This document shows positions 28,447 to 41,346 of a DNA stretch of 64,000 bases, in pieces. Position 1 is the first letter of the stretch, and each line of letters opens with the position of its first letter. The translations under genes and the position numbers were made by a program. Source of the DNA: Planctomycetota bacterium (lineage in GTDB: Bacteria; Planctomycetota; PLA2; JAEUHO01); NCBI GenBank assembly GCA_965223505.1, contig CBDCWP010000010.1:96001-160000 (forward strand), read 5' to 3'. The notes below the pieces were generated by a model. The model had not been told where the DNA came from. It searched no databases and saw only the letters and a list, made by a program, of their open reading frames with translations.

Positions 28447-31269
28447 CTAGCGGCCCAGCAGGCGGGCGCGCTCCTGCGCGGCGGCGGCGAGGTCGGGGAG
28501 GGCCGCGGAGGCGAGCACGTCGCCCAACTGCTGGTAGTACGCCGCGGAGTGGGACCAGCGGCCGGCCGCCATTTCTTCGAGCCGAAGCGTCCAGGACGAC
28601 GTCTGCTCCGCGCTCGCCGGCGTCGCCTCGCGTCGCAACGAGGTCTCCGCCGCCGCCAGGGCCGCGGTCGTGGACAGCCACGCACGGTCCTCCCTCGTAA
28701 GCTTCGAGGCCTCTTCGAAGAGCCCCTGAGCGGCGGCCAGGTCGCCGCGAACCAGCGCCACCTGTCCCCGGAGGTAGCGCACCCCCGACCGGCTGGCGGG
28801 ATGCATCGAGTCGATGCGATCGAGCTGGTCGTCGGCGGTGTCGAGGAACGCCAGTGCCTTCGCGCGGTCGGACGCGACGTCGCGCGCCGCGCAGGCGATC
28901 AACGTGCGCGCGTAGCGTCCGTACATGGACGGGTTCTTGTCCTTCGCGTCGCCGATCGTGCGCCGCATGACCTCGCGTGCTTCGTCGAGGTCGCCCGTGA
29001 CCGTGAGGTACTCGGCGTATCGATAGCTCACCTCTTCCGACGCGCTCGAGAGCTCGCGCGCTCGCGCGAAGTCGCGCCCCGCCGCGGCGAGGTCGTCGTC
29101 GGGCGTGTCCGCGACCTCGGCGCGGCGCACGTACGTCTCACCGCGGTAGGCGAGCAACACCGCGTTCTCGCCCTGGATCTCCATCCCGGTCGTGTAGTTC
29201 TCGATGGCGTGGTCGTACGAAGCTCGCGCTTCGGCGCGATCCCCGTTGCGGCGGTGCATGCGGCCTTCGGCCTGATGGCAATAAGCGAGATCGAAATAGG
29301 CGCCGACCGCGTGCTTCCCTTTCAGGAGCTCGTAGAGCCTCATGGCCTCTTCCAGTCGCCCCGCATTGCGCAGGGAGACGGCGAGACCCATGAGGTAGTT
29401 CGCGTCATCGCGGATCTCGCCCAGGGCCTTCAGGTCGGCGGTGACCCGATCGAAGTCGCCGACGTGGTAGTAGCAGCCGGAGCGCAGCTCGAGGAGGTCG
29501 CCGCGCAGGTCGACCTGACACCGGTAGGTCGGATGCTCGTCGATCCGGCGCAACCCGAGTGTCAGCGCCTCGATGGCGGCCTGCCACTGCGACGTCGCCG
29601 TGTCGTACGCGCCGTTCTCCGTCGCATCGCCCGCCGCTCGCACAGCCACCCACGCTTTCGCGAGGAGGGCCGCCGCGGAGCGCGGATCCCTCATCACCGC
29701 CGCCTCCGCTTGCTCGGACGCGACGCTCAGCGACGCCGACCGCTTGGCGCCGGGCTCGGCTGTCTCGGCGCGGGCCAGCGCGAGCCGGCTCGTGGCCAAC
29801 GGCAGCTCGGGGTGATCCGACGCGTGCTTGCGGAGCTCGTCGATGTCGTCTTGCGCGATGCGCAACCGGCGGCCCCGGGGATCGTGGAGCCGAACGGCGG
29901 CCTCCTGATCCAGCAAGAAGCGCAGTCGCCACAGTCGTGCTTCGACGTGGCGCGGCGCCTTCAGCAGCGCGTTGCCGAGCGCATTGACGGCCGCGTCGGC
30001 GCTTTGCTCGTCGTCGCCCGTGCGCCAGTGAAAGCGACTCCACATCACCAGCACCTCGGGTGTCTCGCCGAGCTCGTACTGCGCTCGATTCAGGTCCTCC
30101 TTGGCATTGGGGTCGCCGGCCAGGATGCGCGCCTCCGCCGCGCGCAGATGGTCCTCGCCCGTCGCCTCGTTCGTCCGGTGCAGACGGGCGAAGAGCTTCA
30201 CCGCATCTCGGAAGGCGCACGTCTCCATCGCGCGCGTTGCTTCCGCGCGCAGCGACGCCGGGTCGTCTTCGTCGAGCGCCCGGATGATCCAGACGGCGAG
30301 AACGGCGGCCAAAGCGAGCGCCGCAACGCCGAGGACGCGAGCGCGACGTCGAGGGACGGACGGCCCGGCCGCGCGGACGGAAGTGCGCGATGGGGCGGCC
30401 AGCGGCGCGCCGCCAAGCGCCTCGCGGAACGCGCCTGCCGTCTGAAAGCGGCGTGCCGGATCTCGCTCCAACGCACGCGACACGACCGCGCGCGTATGCT
30501 CCGACACGCTGCCTGCCCCTTCGATGGCGATCGACGGGATCGGATGCTCGAGGATCTGCATCATCACCGAGAACGCGGAGTCGCTCGAGAACGGGGGCTT
30601 GCCGGTCAGCATCTCGTACAGCACGACGCCTGCAGAAAAGAGGTCGCTGCGCTCGTCCACGTCGGGGCTCGCCCGTACTTGCTCCGGCGACATGTACGCG
30701 ACCGTGCCGACGAGCTGCCCCTCGACGGTCACCTGGGTGCCGGGCATCTGCTGCTCCAGTGGGCGCAGGATCCGCGCGAGCCCGAAGTCGAGCACACGCA
30801 CGCGATCGCCCTCGTCGAGCATCACGTTGTCGGGTTTGAGATCGCGATGGACGATGCCGACCTCGTGCGCCTGGCGCAGCGCGTCGAGGATCATGTCCGT
30901 GACGGCGACGGCGCGGGACTCGGGAAGCGCGCCTTCGCGTTCCAGGACGGCGCGCAGCGACTCGCCCGCGCACAGATCCATCACGAGGAAGAGCAGTCCC
31001 TCCTCTTCGCCGCAGTGGCGCAGCTGAACGATGTGCTGGTGATTGAGGCGCATGAGCGTGCGTGCCTCCTGCACCAGCCGCGCGCGAACGTGCTCGTCGG
31101 CGGCGAGCTCGGCGTGAATGACCTTGACGGCGAAGCGTTCGCCCATGAGCTCGTGCCGCGCCGCGTAGACCACGCCCATCGCGCCGCGCCCGATGACCTC
31201 TTCGATGCGATACGTGCCGGCGAGCGTGCGCCCCGTCAGGTCGTCGTCATGCGCCGGGTTTCGAGTCAC
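28447..31269 (-). CDS. Membrane Ser/Thr kinase with extracytoplasmic TPR-like domain
   Basis: IGRGAMGVVY, FAVK, HRDLKPDN, DFG, YMSPEQ; TM VLGVAALALAAVLAVWII; helical repeats after it. Confidence 0.92.
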   Translation of the reverse strand: MTRNPAHDDDLTGRTLAGTYRIEEVIGRGAMGVVYAARHELMGERFAVKVIHAELAADEHVRARLVQEARTLMRLNHQHIVQLRHCGEEEGLLFLVMDLCAGESLRAVLEREGALPESRAVAVTDMILDALRQAHEVGIVHRDLKPDNVMLDEGDRVRVLDFGLARILRPLEQQMPGTQVTVEGQLVGTVAYMSPEQVRASPDVDERSDLFSAGVVLYEMLTGKPPFSSDSAFSVMMQILEHPIPSIAIEGAGSVSEHTRAVVSRALERDPARRFQTAGAFREALGGAPLAAPSRTSVRAAGPSVPRRRARVLGVAALALAAVLAVWIIRALDEDDPASLRAEATRAMETCAFRDAVKLFARLHRTNEATGEDHLRAAEARILAGDPNAKEDLNRAQYELGETPEVLVMWSRFHWRTGDDEQSADAAVNALGNALLKAPRHVEARLWRLRFLLDQEAAVRLHDPRGRRLRIAQDDIDELRKHASDHPELPLATSRLALARAETAEPGAKRSASLSVASEQAEAAVMRDPRSAAALLAKAWVAVRAAGDATENGAYDTATSQWQAAIEALTLGLRRIDEHPTYRCQVDLRGDLLELRSGCYYHVGDFDRVTADLKALGEIRDDANYLMGLAVSLRNAGRLEEAMRLYELLKGKHAVGAYFDLAYCHQAEGRMHRRNGDRAEARASYDHAIENYTTGMEIQGENAVLLAYRGETYVRRAEVADTPDDDLAAAGRDFARARELSSASEEVSYRYAEYLTVTGDLDEAREVMRRTIGDAKDKNPSMYGRYARTLIACAARDVASDRAKALAFLDTADDQLDRIDSMHPASRSGVRYLRGQVALVRGDLAAAQGLFEEASKLTREDRAWLSTTAALAAAETSLRREATPASAEQTSSWTLRLEEMAAGRWSHSAAYYQQLGDVLASAALPDLAAAAQERARLLGR

Positions 31270-31850
31270 TTCGCGCCGCCTCGTTCCAACAGCTTCCGCA
31301 GGCGTTTCATGCCGCGCGCGTGGAGCTTGCGCGCCGCCTCGGCGGTGGGCCGCTCGGTGATGGCGGCGATCTGCTTGAACGTCAGCTCCTCGAAGTCGTG
31401 CAGAGCGATCATCTCGCGCTCGCCCTCCGGCAGCCGCTCCATGGCGGCGCGGAAGCGCTGGACCTCCTCGACGTCCGAAGCCCAGGTCGCGGGATCAGGC
31501 GCTTCGGACGGGGGCGGCGCGTCGTCCAGCAGCGGCAGGTACGAGCCGCCGCCCGGTCCCGTGACCTTGCGGGACAGCGTGCGGATGCGGTTGCGCACGA
31601 TGGTGGCCATCCAGGCGAGCACCTTCGTCTCGTTCTCGAAGCGCGCCCGCATGCCGCCTTCGAGCACGCGCCGGAACGCCGACTCAGCGATGTCGAGCGA
31701 GTCGACCTGGCGCCGCAGGCCGGGATTGAGGAGGCGCCGGGCAAGGCCGCGCAGAAACGGTTCCACCTCGGTGTAGAACTCGTGGACTGCGATGCCGTCC
31801 CCGGCGCGAATGCGGCGCATCAGCTCCACCATGTCGGGCACATCGGTCAT
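31266..31850 (-). CDS. ECF sigma factor, kinase-associated
   Basis: LRRQVDSLDIAESAF, WMATIVRNRI, MERLPEGEREMIALHDFEELTFKQIA; overlaps the kinase start by 4 bp. Confidence 0.88.
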   Translation of the reverse strand: MTDVPDMVELMRRIRAGDGIAVHEFYTEVEPFLRGLARRLLNPGLRRQVDSLDIAESAFRRVLEGGMRARFENETKVLAWMATIVRNRIRTLSRKVTGPGGGSYLPLLDDAPPPSEAPDPATWASDVEEVQRFRAAMERLPEGEREMIALHDFEELTFKQIAAITERPTAEAARKLHARGMKRLRKLLERGGAK

Positions 31851-31925
31851 CGAAATCGAAGGCTAGCATCGACGCACTCGGCGCGGCAACGGCCCTGACC
31901 GGGTGCCTTGGACCTCGGAGGCGAA

Positions 31926-32423
31926 GTGGCTGCGGCAACGCTGGAGACGACGCGACTGGTCCTGCGACCCTACGTCGCCGACGATCGGCCGGCGTTCGTG
32001 GCGCTGAACGGCGACCCGGTCGTTCGCCGCAGCATGAACGGTCCCCTCTCGCCGGAGGCGGGGAGCGACCTGTTCGACCGGGTCGCCCGATCGGACACCG
32101 CCTGGGCCATCGTCGAAAGGACGTCGGGCGCCTACATCGGCCATGCGTTCCTCACGATCGGCGGGGACGAGCCCGATCCCGAGCTGGGCTTCCTGCTGGA
32201 CCGGTCCTACTGGGGGCGCGGGTACGCGACCGAGGCGGCCGCGCGCGCCCTTCGCCACGCGACCGAAGCGCTCGGCTGCGCGCGCATCGTCGCCACGGCC
32301 GACACGGACAACCACGCGTCGATCCGGGTGCTCGAGAAGCTCGGATTCGCGCTCGCGGACGAACGCACGGACGAGCACGGACCGTTCGGGTACTACGCGC
32401 TCGTCTCGGCGCCGGACGCGTGA
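31926..32423 (+). CDS. GNAT N-acetyltransferase (RimJ/RimL type)
   Basis: LETTRLVLRP, YWGRGYATEAA, NHASIRVLEKLGF. Confidence 0.9.
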   Translation: MAAATLETTRLVLRPYVADDRPAFVALNGDPVVRRSMNGPLSPEAGSDLFDRVARSDTAWAIVERTSGAYIGHAFLTIGGDEPDPELGFLLDRSYWGRGYATEAAARALRHATEALGCARIVATADTDNHASIRVLEKLGFALADERTDEHGPFGYYALVSAPDA

Positions 32424-32478
32424 GGCAACCTCAACGGGCGCAAGGACTTGCGTTCACGTCGCCGTGTGGGAGGGGCGT

Positions 32479-32937
32479 CTACACCAGGTTGTAGTTGATG
32501 CCCATGAGGCCGATCATCGCGCCCACGACGCACCCGTACCCCATGTGGCCCACGATGTGGGCGATGGCCACCTCGGGCCCCGCCTTCCGGAACATCTCCA
32601 CAGGATGGTTCTCGGAAACGAGCGCCACCAGGCCGAAGGCGACCACGATGCCGTGGAACAGCCCCAGGACCAGCCCCATCCCCGCGAGCGGGAGCATCTG
32701 CGGCTCCGCGACCAGGGTCAACAGGATCGCGTACGGGAAGGCGAAGAGGATGCCCGCCGCGAAGTGGATGATCACACCCGGGATCAGGGCCCGCTTGTAC
32801 TGCTTGGAGGCCAGGCTGCCGAGGGCGCGGATCATGTCCGCGTTGGCCCAGCGGCTGCGGTGGATGATCGTCATCAGGAACGTCATCGCGCACGTGCCGA
32901 CCGCGCCCGCGAAGATTGTCTGGAAGAAGAGGACCAC
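32479..32937 (-). CDS. Four-TM membrane protein with TM histidines (DUF6789-like)
   Basis: GVIIHFAAGILF..Y, GLFHG, AHIVGHMGYG; divergent from actA. Confidence 0.7.
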   Translation of the reverse strand: MVLFFQTIFAGAVGTCAMTFLMTIIHRSRWANADMIRALGSLASKQYKRALIPGVIIHFAAGILFAFPYAILLTLVAEPQMLPLAGMGLVLGLFHGIVVAFGLVALVSENHPVEMFRKAGPEVAIAHIVGHMGYGCVVGAMIGLMGINYNLV

Positions 32938-33179
32938 GTCCTGATTCTAGCGGCGGGGCCGTCTCAGCGCAGGGGGCGTCCTCGCATGCGCGGAAATTGG
33001 CGCACCCTTGACAACCGTCCGCGGTTGCGCCACCGGCCGGCATCTGTCGAGGGCGATTCTGGTTCGTTCGGGGTCGATTCCAGACAGTCGGATTCTGGCA
33101 AACGGAGGCCCTGAATCTTCTACGAGCGTTTCGCGCGGCACGTAGGTTGTGGCCGTCGAGCAGCACCGTGGGGACCCAC

Positions 33180-33785
33180 ATGTCCGGCGATCTCTTTACG
33201 CGCACCTTCGACCGTAGGGCGCGTACGCTCATTGCCACCGTCACCCTCTCAGCGATCTTCGGCCTTGGTTTCGGCATGTATTCGCTGTGGGGCGCCAACA
33301 TGGAGACCGGCTACGAACCGGCACAGCCGATTCCGTTCTCGCATGCCCTCATGGCGGGCAAGCACGAGATCGATTGCCTCTACTGCCACGGCAACGCCGT
33401 GAAGGGCGCGCACGCCGGCATTCCGACCGTCTCGGAGTGCATGAAGTGCCACAAGGAGATCCAGACGAAGGATGAAAAGGGCGAGCTCAAGCCGTCTCTC
33501 GCCATGCTGAACGACTACTGGGCCGAGAAGAAGCCCATCGAGTGGGTCAAGGTCCACGATCTGGCCGACTTCGTCTACTTCAACCACAGCCGGCACATGA
33601 CGGAGCAGGCCGGCTTGGAGTGCGCCGACTGCCACGGACCCGTCGAGACCATGGAGCGCGTGCGTCGCGTTCATTCGCTCAAGATGAGCTGGTGTCTGGA
33701 CTGCCACAAGCAGCCGGCGCCCGAGGGCGCACCCGCGCATCAAGAGACGCGCGCACCCATTCACTGCAGCACGTGCCACCGATAG
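33180..33785 (+). CDS. actA: Alternative complex III pentaheme cytochrome c subunit
   Basis: N-terminal TM; GYEPAQPIPFSH; five CxxCH (CLYCH, CMKCH, CADCH, CLDCH, CSTCH); DFVYFNHSRH. Confidence 0.93.
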   Translation: MSGDLFTRTFDRRARTLIATVTLSAIFGLGFGMYSLWGANMETGYEPAQPIPFSHALMAGKHEIDCLYCHGNAVKGAHAGIPTVSECMKCHKEIQTKDEKGELKPSLAMLNDYWAEKKPIEWVKVHDLADFVYFNHSRHMTEQAGLECADCHGPVETMERVRRVHSLKMSWCLDCHKQPAPEGAPAHQETRAPIHCSTCHR

Positions 33786-33801
33786 GAGCCGACCGGACGA
33801 G

Positions 33802-36704
<2,903 letters not shown>

Positions 36705-36708
<4 letters not shown>

Positions 36709-38087
36709 GCGCCGACGATCGCAGCCCGCTCGATCCGCCCGAGCCGATCGAGGGCGGCAATTACGACTTCCAGAAGCTCGACGACGAGATCAACCGGCCG
36801 CTCGAGTCGTTTCCGACGGGGCGCTGGTGGCTCGCCTTCAGCATCACGGGTGCGATGGCGACGGCGTTCCTCGTCTGCTTCGTCTACACGATCGCGACCG
36901 GGATCGGCAGCTGGGGCAACAACAACCCCGTCGGCTGGGGCTGGGCCATCACGAACTTCGTGTTCTGGATCGGCATCGGCCACGCCGGCACGCTCATCAG
37001 CGCCATCCTGTACCTGCTGCGTCAGAAGTGGCGCACGGCCATCGCCCGCTTCGCCGAGGCGATGACGCTGTTCGCCGTCATCTGCGCGTTGCAGTTCCCC
37101 TTGATCCACACCGGCCGTCCGTGGCTCGCGGCCTACTGGTTGTTGCCGCTGCCGAACTCGAACGACATCTGGGTCAACTTCCGCTCGCCCCTCGTTTGGG
37201 ACGTCTTCGCGGTCTCGACCTACGGGCTCGTGTCGTTCCTGTTCTGGTACACGGGACTCCTTCCGGACCTGGCGCTCGCGCGCGACCGCGCCAAGCACCG
37301 CGTGCGCAAGCTCGTCTACGGCATCATGAGCCTGGGTTGGAACGGGAGCAACCGCGCCTGGCGCCACTACGAGAAGGCCTACCTGCTCTTCGCCGCGCTC
37401 GCGACGCCGCTCGTGCTCAGCGTGCACAGCGTCGTCTCGTTCGACTTCGCCGTGAGCATCATGCCGGGCTGGCACACGACGATCTTCCCGCCGTACTTCG
37501 TCGCGGGCGCGATCTTCAGCGGCTTCGCGATGGTCGCGACGCTGATCGTCGTGATGCGCAAGATGTTCAAGCTGGAACACATCGTCACGAACAACCATCT
37601 GGACGTGATGAACCGCATCGTCATCGCGACGTCGCTGATGGTGGGCTACGCCTACCTGATCGAGTTCTTCATTGCGTGGTACAGCGGGTCCGCGTACGAA
37701 CGGTTCGCGTTGATGAACCGCGCGTTCGGTCCGGACGCGTACCTCTATTGGGGCATGGTGGCTTGCAACGTCGCCATCCCGCAGCTGCTCTGGTTCAAGA
37801 AGATCCGCAGCACGGTCAAGTACCTGTACCCGATCGTCCTGCTCGTCAACGTCGGGATGTGGCTCGAGCGATTCGTGATCATCGTGGTCAGCCTCAAGAG
37901 CGACTACCTGACGTCGAGCTGGGGCGACTTCTCGCCGTCGTGGGTCGACATCGGCCTCTTCGTCGGCAGCTTCGGCCTGTTCCTCAACCTGCTGCTGCTC
38001 TTCTGCCGCTTCCTGCCGACCGTGGCGGTCGCCGAGACCAAAGCGGTCCTGCCGGGCAGCCAGCCGACGGGAGGACGCCATGAGTGA
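36705..38087 (+). CDS. actC: ACIII quinol-binding NrfD-family subunit
   Basis: NFVFWIGIGHAGTLISAIL, HTGRPW, NFRSPLVWD, SVHSVVSFDF, GWHTTIFPPYFVAGA. Confidence 0.95.
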
Positions 38088-38637
38088 GTCCAAGAAGCTG
38101 GTCGGCGTGATCGGGCTCTTCGACGATCCCGACAGCCTGATCACCGCGGCGGAGACCGTGCGCGACGCCGGATACCGGCGGTGGGACTGCCACACGCCGT
38201 ATCCCGTACACGGGCTGGACGACGCGATGGGCCTCAAGCCGTCGCCGATGTCCTACATCTGTCTGGGGGCGGGCGCCCTCGGCGCGAGCGCGGCGATGCT
38301 CATGCAGTGGTGGATGAGCGCTGTCGACTATCCGGTGCGCATCGGCGGAAAGCCGATGTTCAGCTGGCCGGCCTTCATTCCGATCACGTTCGAGCTCTTC
38401 GTGCTGTTCGCCGCGCTCGCGACGATGGGGGGCATCGTGGTGCTCTGTCGCCTCGGCAAGTGGCACTCTCCGCTGCACGATTCGGGCGTCATGGTGGACG
38501 TGACGTCGCGCCGCTATGCGGTCGTGCTGAGTGAGCGAGACGAGCTGTTTTCCGAGGCGGCCGCCACGAAGCTGCTGGCAGAGGCCGGCTGCAACGACGT
38601 GCGGCCGCTCCACGAGCGCGTCGAAGGGAAGGCGTAG
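38080..38637 (+). CDS. actD: ACIII subunit D (DUF3341)
   Basis: TPYPVHGLDDAMG, IGGKPMFSWPAFIPITFE. Confidence 0.93.
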   Translation: MSESKKLVGVIGLFDDPDSLITAAETVRDAGYRRWDCHTPYPVHGLDDAMGLKPSPMSYICLGAGALGASAAMLMQWWMSAVDYPVRIGGKPMFSWPAFIPITFELFVLFAALATMGGIVVLCRLGKWHSPLHDSGVMVDVTSRRYAVVLSERDELFSEAAATKLLAEAGCNDVRPLHERVEGKA

Positions 38638-38640
38638 CCG

Positions 38641-39270
38641 ATGTTGGAACGCATTCTCCAGGGGTGGAAGCCGATCTGGCGCCAGGGGCGCTGGAACGCG
38701 ACCCTCGTCGGGATCGCCGCCGGCGCCGTGATCGTCCCGCTCGGGTTCCTCGCGCTCCCGTACCTCGAGCTCTTCAACGACATGGCCGTGCAACCCAAGG
38801 GCAAGGCTCAGGGGCAATACGGCTGGTACACCGACCACCAGATCCCGGTGCAGCGCAATCCGGTGCCCGGCACGATGCCGATGAGCTACGTGCCCTACGC
38901 GATCGACGACGCGGACGAGAAGGCGGCGGTCAAGCGCGCCGAGGAGACGCTCGTCAACCCGCTCAAGCCGACGATGGCGGTGCTGACGCGCGGTCGAAAG
39001 ACCTTTGACACGATCTGCGCGACGTGCCACGGCAAGCGCGGAGAGGCGGACGGCGGGGTCGTCGGGCCGAACCTGTTCCCCGCGCCGCCGACGCTGCACA
39101 CGAAGGAGGCGCGCGCGTACAAGGACGGGCGCATCTTCCACATCATCACCCGCGGGCAGAACAAGATGCCCGCGTACGCGGACATCGTCGAGCCCGAGGA
39201 ACGCTGGGCCGTCATCCACTACATCCGCGCGTTGCAGCGCGCCAAGCAGATGAGCACGGAAGGGAAGTGA
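38641..39270 (+). CDS. actE: ACIII monoheme cytochrome c subunit
   Basis: DMAVQPK, PVPGT, CATCHG, DGRIFHIITRG..MP..ERWAVIHYIRALQ. Confidence 0.9.
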   Translation: MLERILQGWKPIWRQGRWNATLVGIAAGAVIVPLGFLALPYLELFNDMAVQPKGKAQGQYGWYTDHQIPVQRNPVPGTMPMSYVPYAIDDADEKAAVKRAEETLVNPLKPTMAVLTRGRKTFDTICATCHGKRGEADGGVVGPNLFPAPPTLHTKEARAYKDGRIFHIITRGQNKMPAYADIVEPEERWAVIHYIRALQRAKQMSTEGK

Positions 39271-40481
39271 TGGGACAGGCCGACACCACCCCGTCCGTCG
39301 AAGCCGCGCCCGCCGGCAGCGGAACGCTCAAGAAGATCGGGCTCCTGCTCATCGCCGTGGGCGCGGTCCTGAGCGTCATGGCATTTCTGGACGAGGGCGA
39401 CCGGACCCGGTTCGGCTTCGCCTACCTCCTCGGCTTCGTGTTCGTCTGGGCCATCGTGCTCGGCAGCCTCTTCTTCGTCGCGCTGCAACACGTGACCAAC
39501 TCGATCTGGTCCGTCGTGGTGCGGCGCATCGCGGAGGCGCTGGCGGCGCCGGTGTGGATCCTCGCCCTCCTGTTCCTGCCGCTACTTGCGTTCGCCTTGC
39601 TCAACAAGGACTTCGGGATCTTCCCCTGGATGCGCGCCGAACACGACCACGTGATCGACGCCAAGGCGCCGTACCTCAACGACACGTTCTTTCTGGTCCG
39701 GACAGGCATCTTCTTCCTGGTCTGGATCGTGTTCGCCTGGTTCTTCGTCGGCAACTCCGTCAAGCAGGATGGTTCGAGCGGCGACGTCCCCCGCACCCTC
39801 AAGATGCGTAAGGTCTCCGGTCCGTTCATCATCCTGTTCGCGTTCACGGCGACCTTCGCCTCGTTCGACTGGATCATGAGCCTCGAGCCGCACTGGTTCA
39901 GCACCATCTACGGCGTCTACGTCTTCTCGGGCATGTTCCTGTCGGCGTTGGCCGCGATCACGTTGGGCGTGGTCGGGTTGCGCAAGTCCGGCCGCTTGCC
40001 CGAAGGCCTGATCACCAAGGACCACCTGTACAACCTGGGCGGACTGCTGTTCGCCTTCACGTGCTTCTGGGCCTACATCTCGTTCAGCCAGTTCATGCTG
40101 ATCTGGTACGGCAACCTGCCCGAAGAGACCGTCTACTACGTCCAGCGCATCGAGAACGGCTGGTTGCCGGTCTCTTGGGGCGTCGCGATCGTGCGGTTCG
40201 TGATTCCCTTCTTCATGCTGCTCTCGCGCGGCGCGAAGGTGGACCCGAAGCGCCTGGCGACGGTGTCGGTGCTGATCCTCTTCGGTCAGCTGGTCGATCT
40301 CTACTGGCTGATCATGCCGGCGCAGCACGGCACGGGCCCGAGCCTCGGCTGGCAGGAGTTCGGCCCGCCGGCGCTCTTCACGGGCGTCCTGCTCCTCTAC
40401 TTCGCCCTCTTCCTCGGCAAGCACAAGGCCGTGGCGGCGGGTGATCCGCTGTTCGAGAAATCCAGGAACTTTCACCTCTAG
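39270..40481 (+). CDS. actF: ACIII membrane subunit F
   Basis: WSVVVRRIAE, DWIMSLEPHWFSTIYG, FWAYISFSQFMLIWYGNLPEE. Confidence 0.93.
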   Translation: MGQADTTPSVEAAPAGSGTLKKIGLLLIAVGAVLSVMAFLDEGDRTRFGFAYLLGFVFVWAIVLGSLFFVALQHVTNSIWSVVVRRIAEALAAPVWILALLFLPLLAFALLNKDFGIFPWMRAEHDHVIDAKAPYLNDTFFLVRTGIFFLVWIVFAWFFVGNSVKQDGSSGDVPRTLKMRKVSGPFIILFAFTATFASFDWIMSLEPHWFSTIYGVYVFSGMFLSALAAITLGVVGLRKSGRLPEGLITKDHLYNLGGLLFAFTCFWAYISFSQFMLIWYGNLPEETVYYVQRIENGWLPVSWGVAIVRFVIPFFMLLSRGAKVDPKRLATVSVLILFGQLVDLYWLIMPAQHGTGPSLGWQEFGPPALFTGVLLLYFALFLGKHKAVAAGDPLFEKSRNFHL

Positions 40482-40491
40482 GGAGTCGATC

Positions 40492-41346
40492 ATGTCTCGC
40501 GCACAAGGACGGCGACTGCTGAGCGTGTTGGCGCTCGTCTTCGCGTTCGCCGTCGCCGCATCAACCGCGCATGCCGAGGAGAGCACCTCCGGCTACGCCG
40601 ACGCCAAGACCGTCGGCGTCGACGAGAAGCTCGGCGACACGCTGCCGTCCGGGCTGATGTTCCGCGACTCGACGGGTGCCGAGGTCGAGCTCACGAAGCT
40701 CCTCGACCGGCCGACGCTCCTCACGTTGGTGTACTTCCGCTGTCCCGGCATCTGCAGCCCGCTGATGGACGAGGTGGCCAAGACCGTCGACGAGGTGGAG
40801 GAGCTCACGCCCGGCAAGGACTACAACATCATCACGGTCAGCTTCGATGCACGCGAAGGGCCCGAGATCGCCGCGACCGGCAAGAAGAACTTCCTGGGCC
40901 GGATGGAGCGCGAGGTGCCGCCGGAGGCCTGGCGGTTCCTCACGGGAGACGAGGAGAACATCGCGCGGCTGACCAACGCCGTGGGATTCAACTTTCAGCG
41001 CGACAAGGAGGACTTCAAGCACGCCGGGACGGTGATCTTCCTCACGAAGGACGGCAAGATCGTTCGGTATCTGAGCGGGCTCGCGATCCTGCCGTTCGAC
41101 ATGAAGCTGGCGGTGAACGACGCGGCCGAGGGCACGCCGCGCACGCTCATGCAGCGCATCCAGAAGCTCTGCTATGCGTACGATCCCGAGGCGCGCGCCT
41201 ACACGCTTCAGGTCAACCGCATCGTTCTCTGGCTGACGCTGCTCGGGGTCGGCGTCTTCGTCTTCTTCCTGGTCCGCAAACGCAAGAACGCACCCGTCGC
41301 CGCCCGCTCGTTGGGTGACGCGACGCCGGATGGAGGCGCAGCCTGA
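40492..41346 (+). CDS. SCO1/SenC copper chaperone
   Basis: Signal peptide; YFRCPGIC (CxxxC); WRFLTG; conserved His (FKHAG); C-terminal TM. Confidence 0.9.
   Translation: MSRAQGRRLLSVLALVFAFAVAASTAHAEESTSGYADAKTVGVDEKLGDTLPSGLMFRDSTGAEVELTKLLDRPTLLTLVYFRCPGICSPLMDEVAKTVDEVEELTPGKDYNIITVSFDAREGPEIAATGKKNFLGRMEREVPPEAWRFLTGDEENIARLTNAVGFNFQRDKEDFKHAGTVIFLTKDGKIVRYLSGLAILPFDMKLAVNDAAEGTPRTLMQRIQKLCYAYDPEARAYTLQVNRIVLWLTLLGVGVFVFFLVRKRKNAPVAARSLGDATPDGGAA

Noticed and set aside
27967..31776. 1269-aa plus-strand ORF
   Set aside because: Antisense shadow of the ECF/kinase genes. It is Arg/Ala-rich with no motifs, and long shadows are expected at this GC content.
33008..33013. Perfect TTGACA upstream of actA
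   Set aside because: No plausible -10 hexamer 16-18 bp downstream, and no FNR-type palindrome
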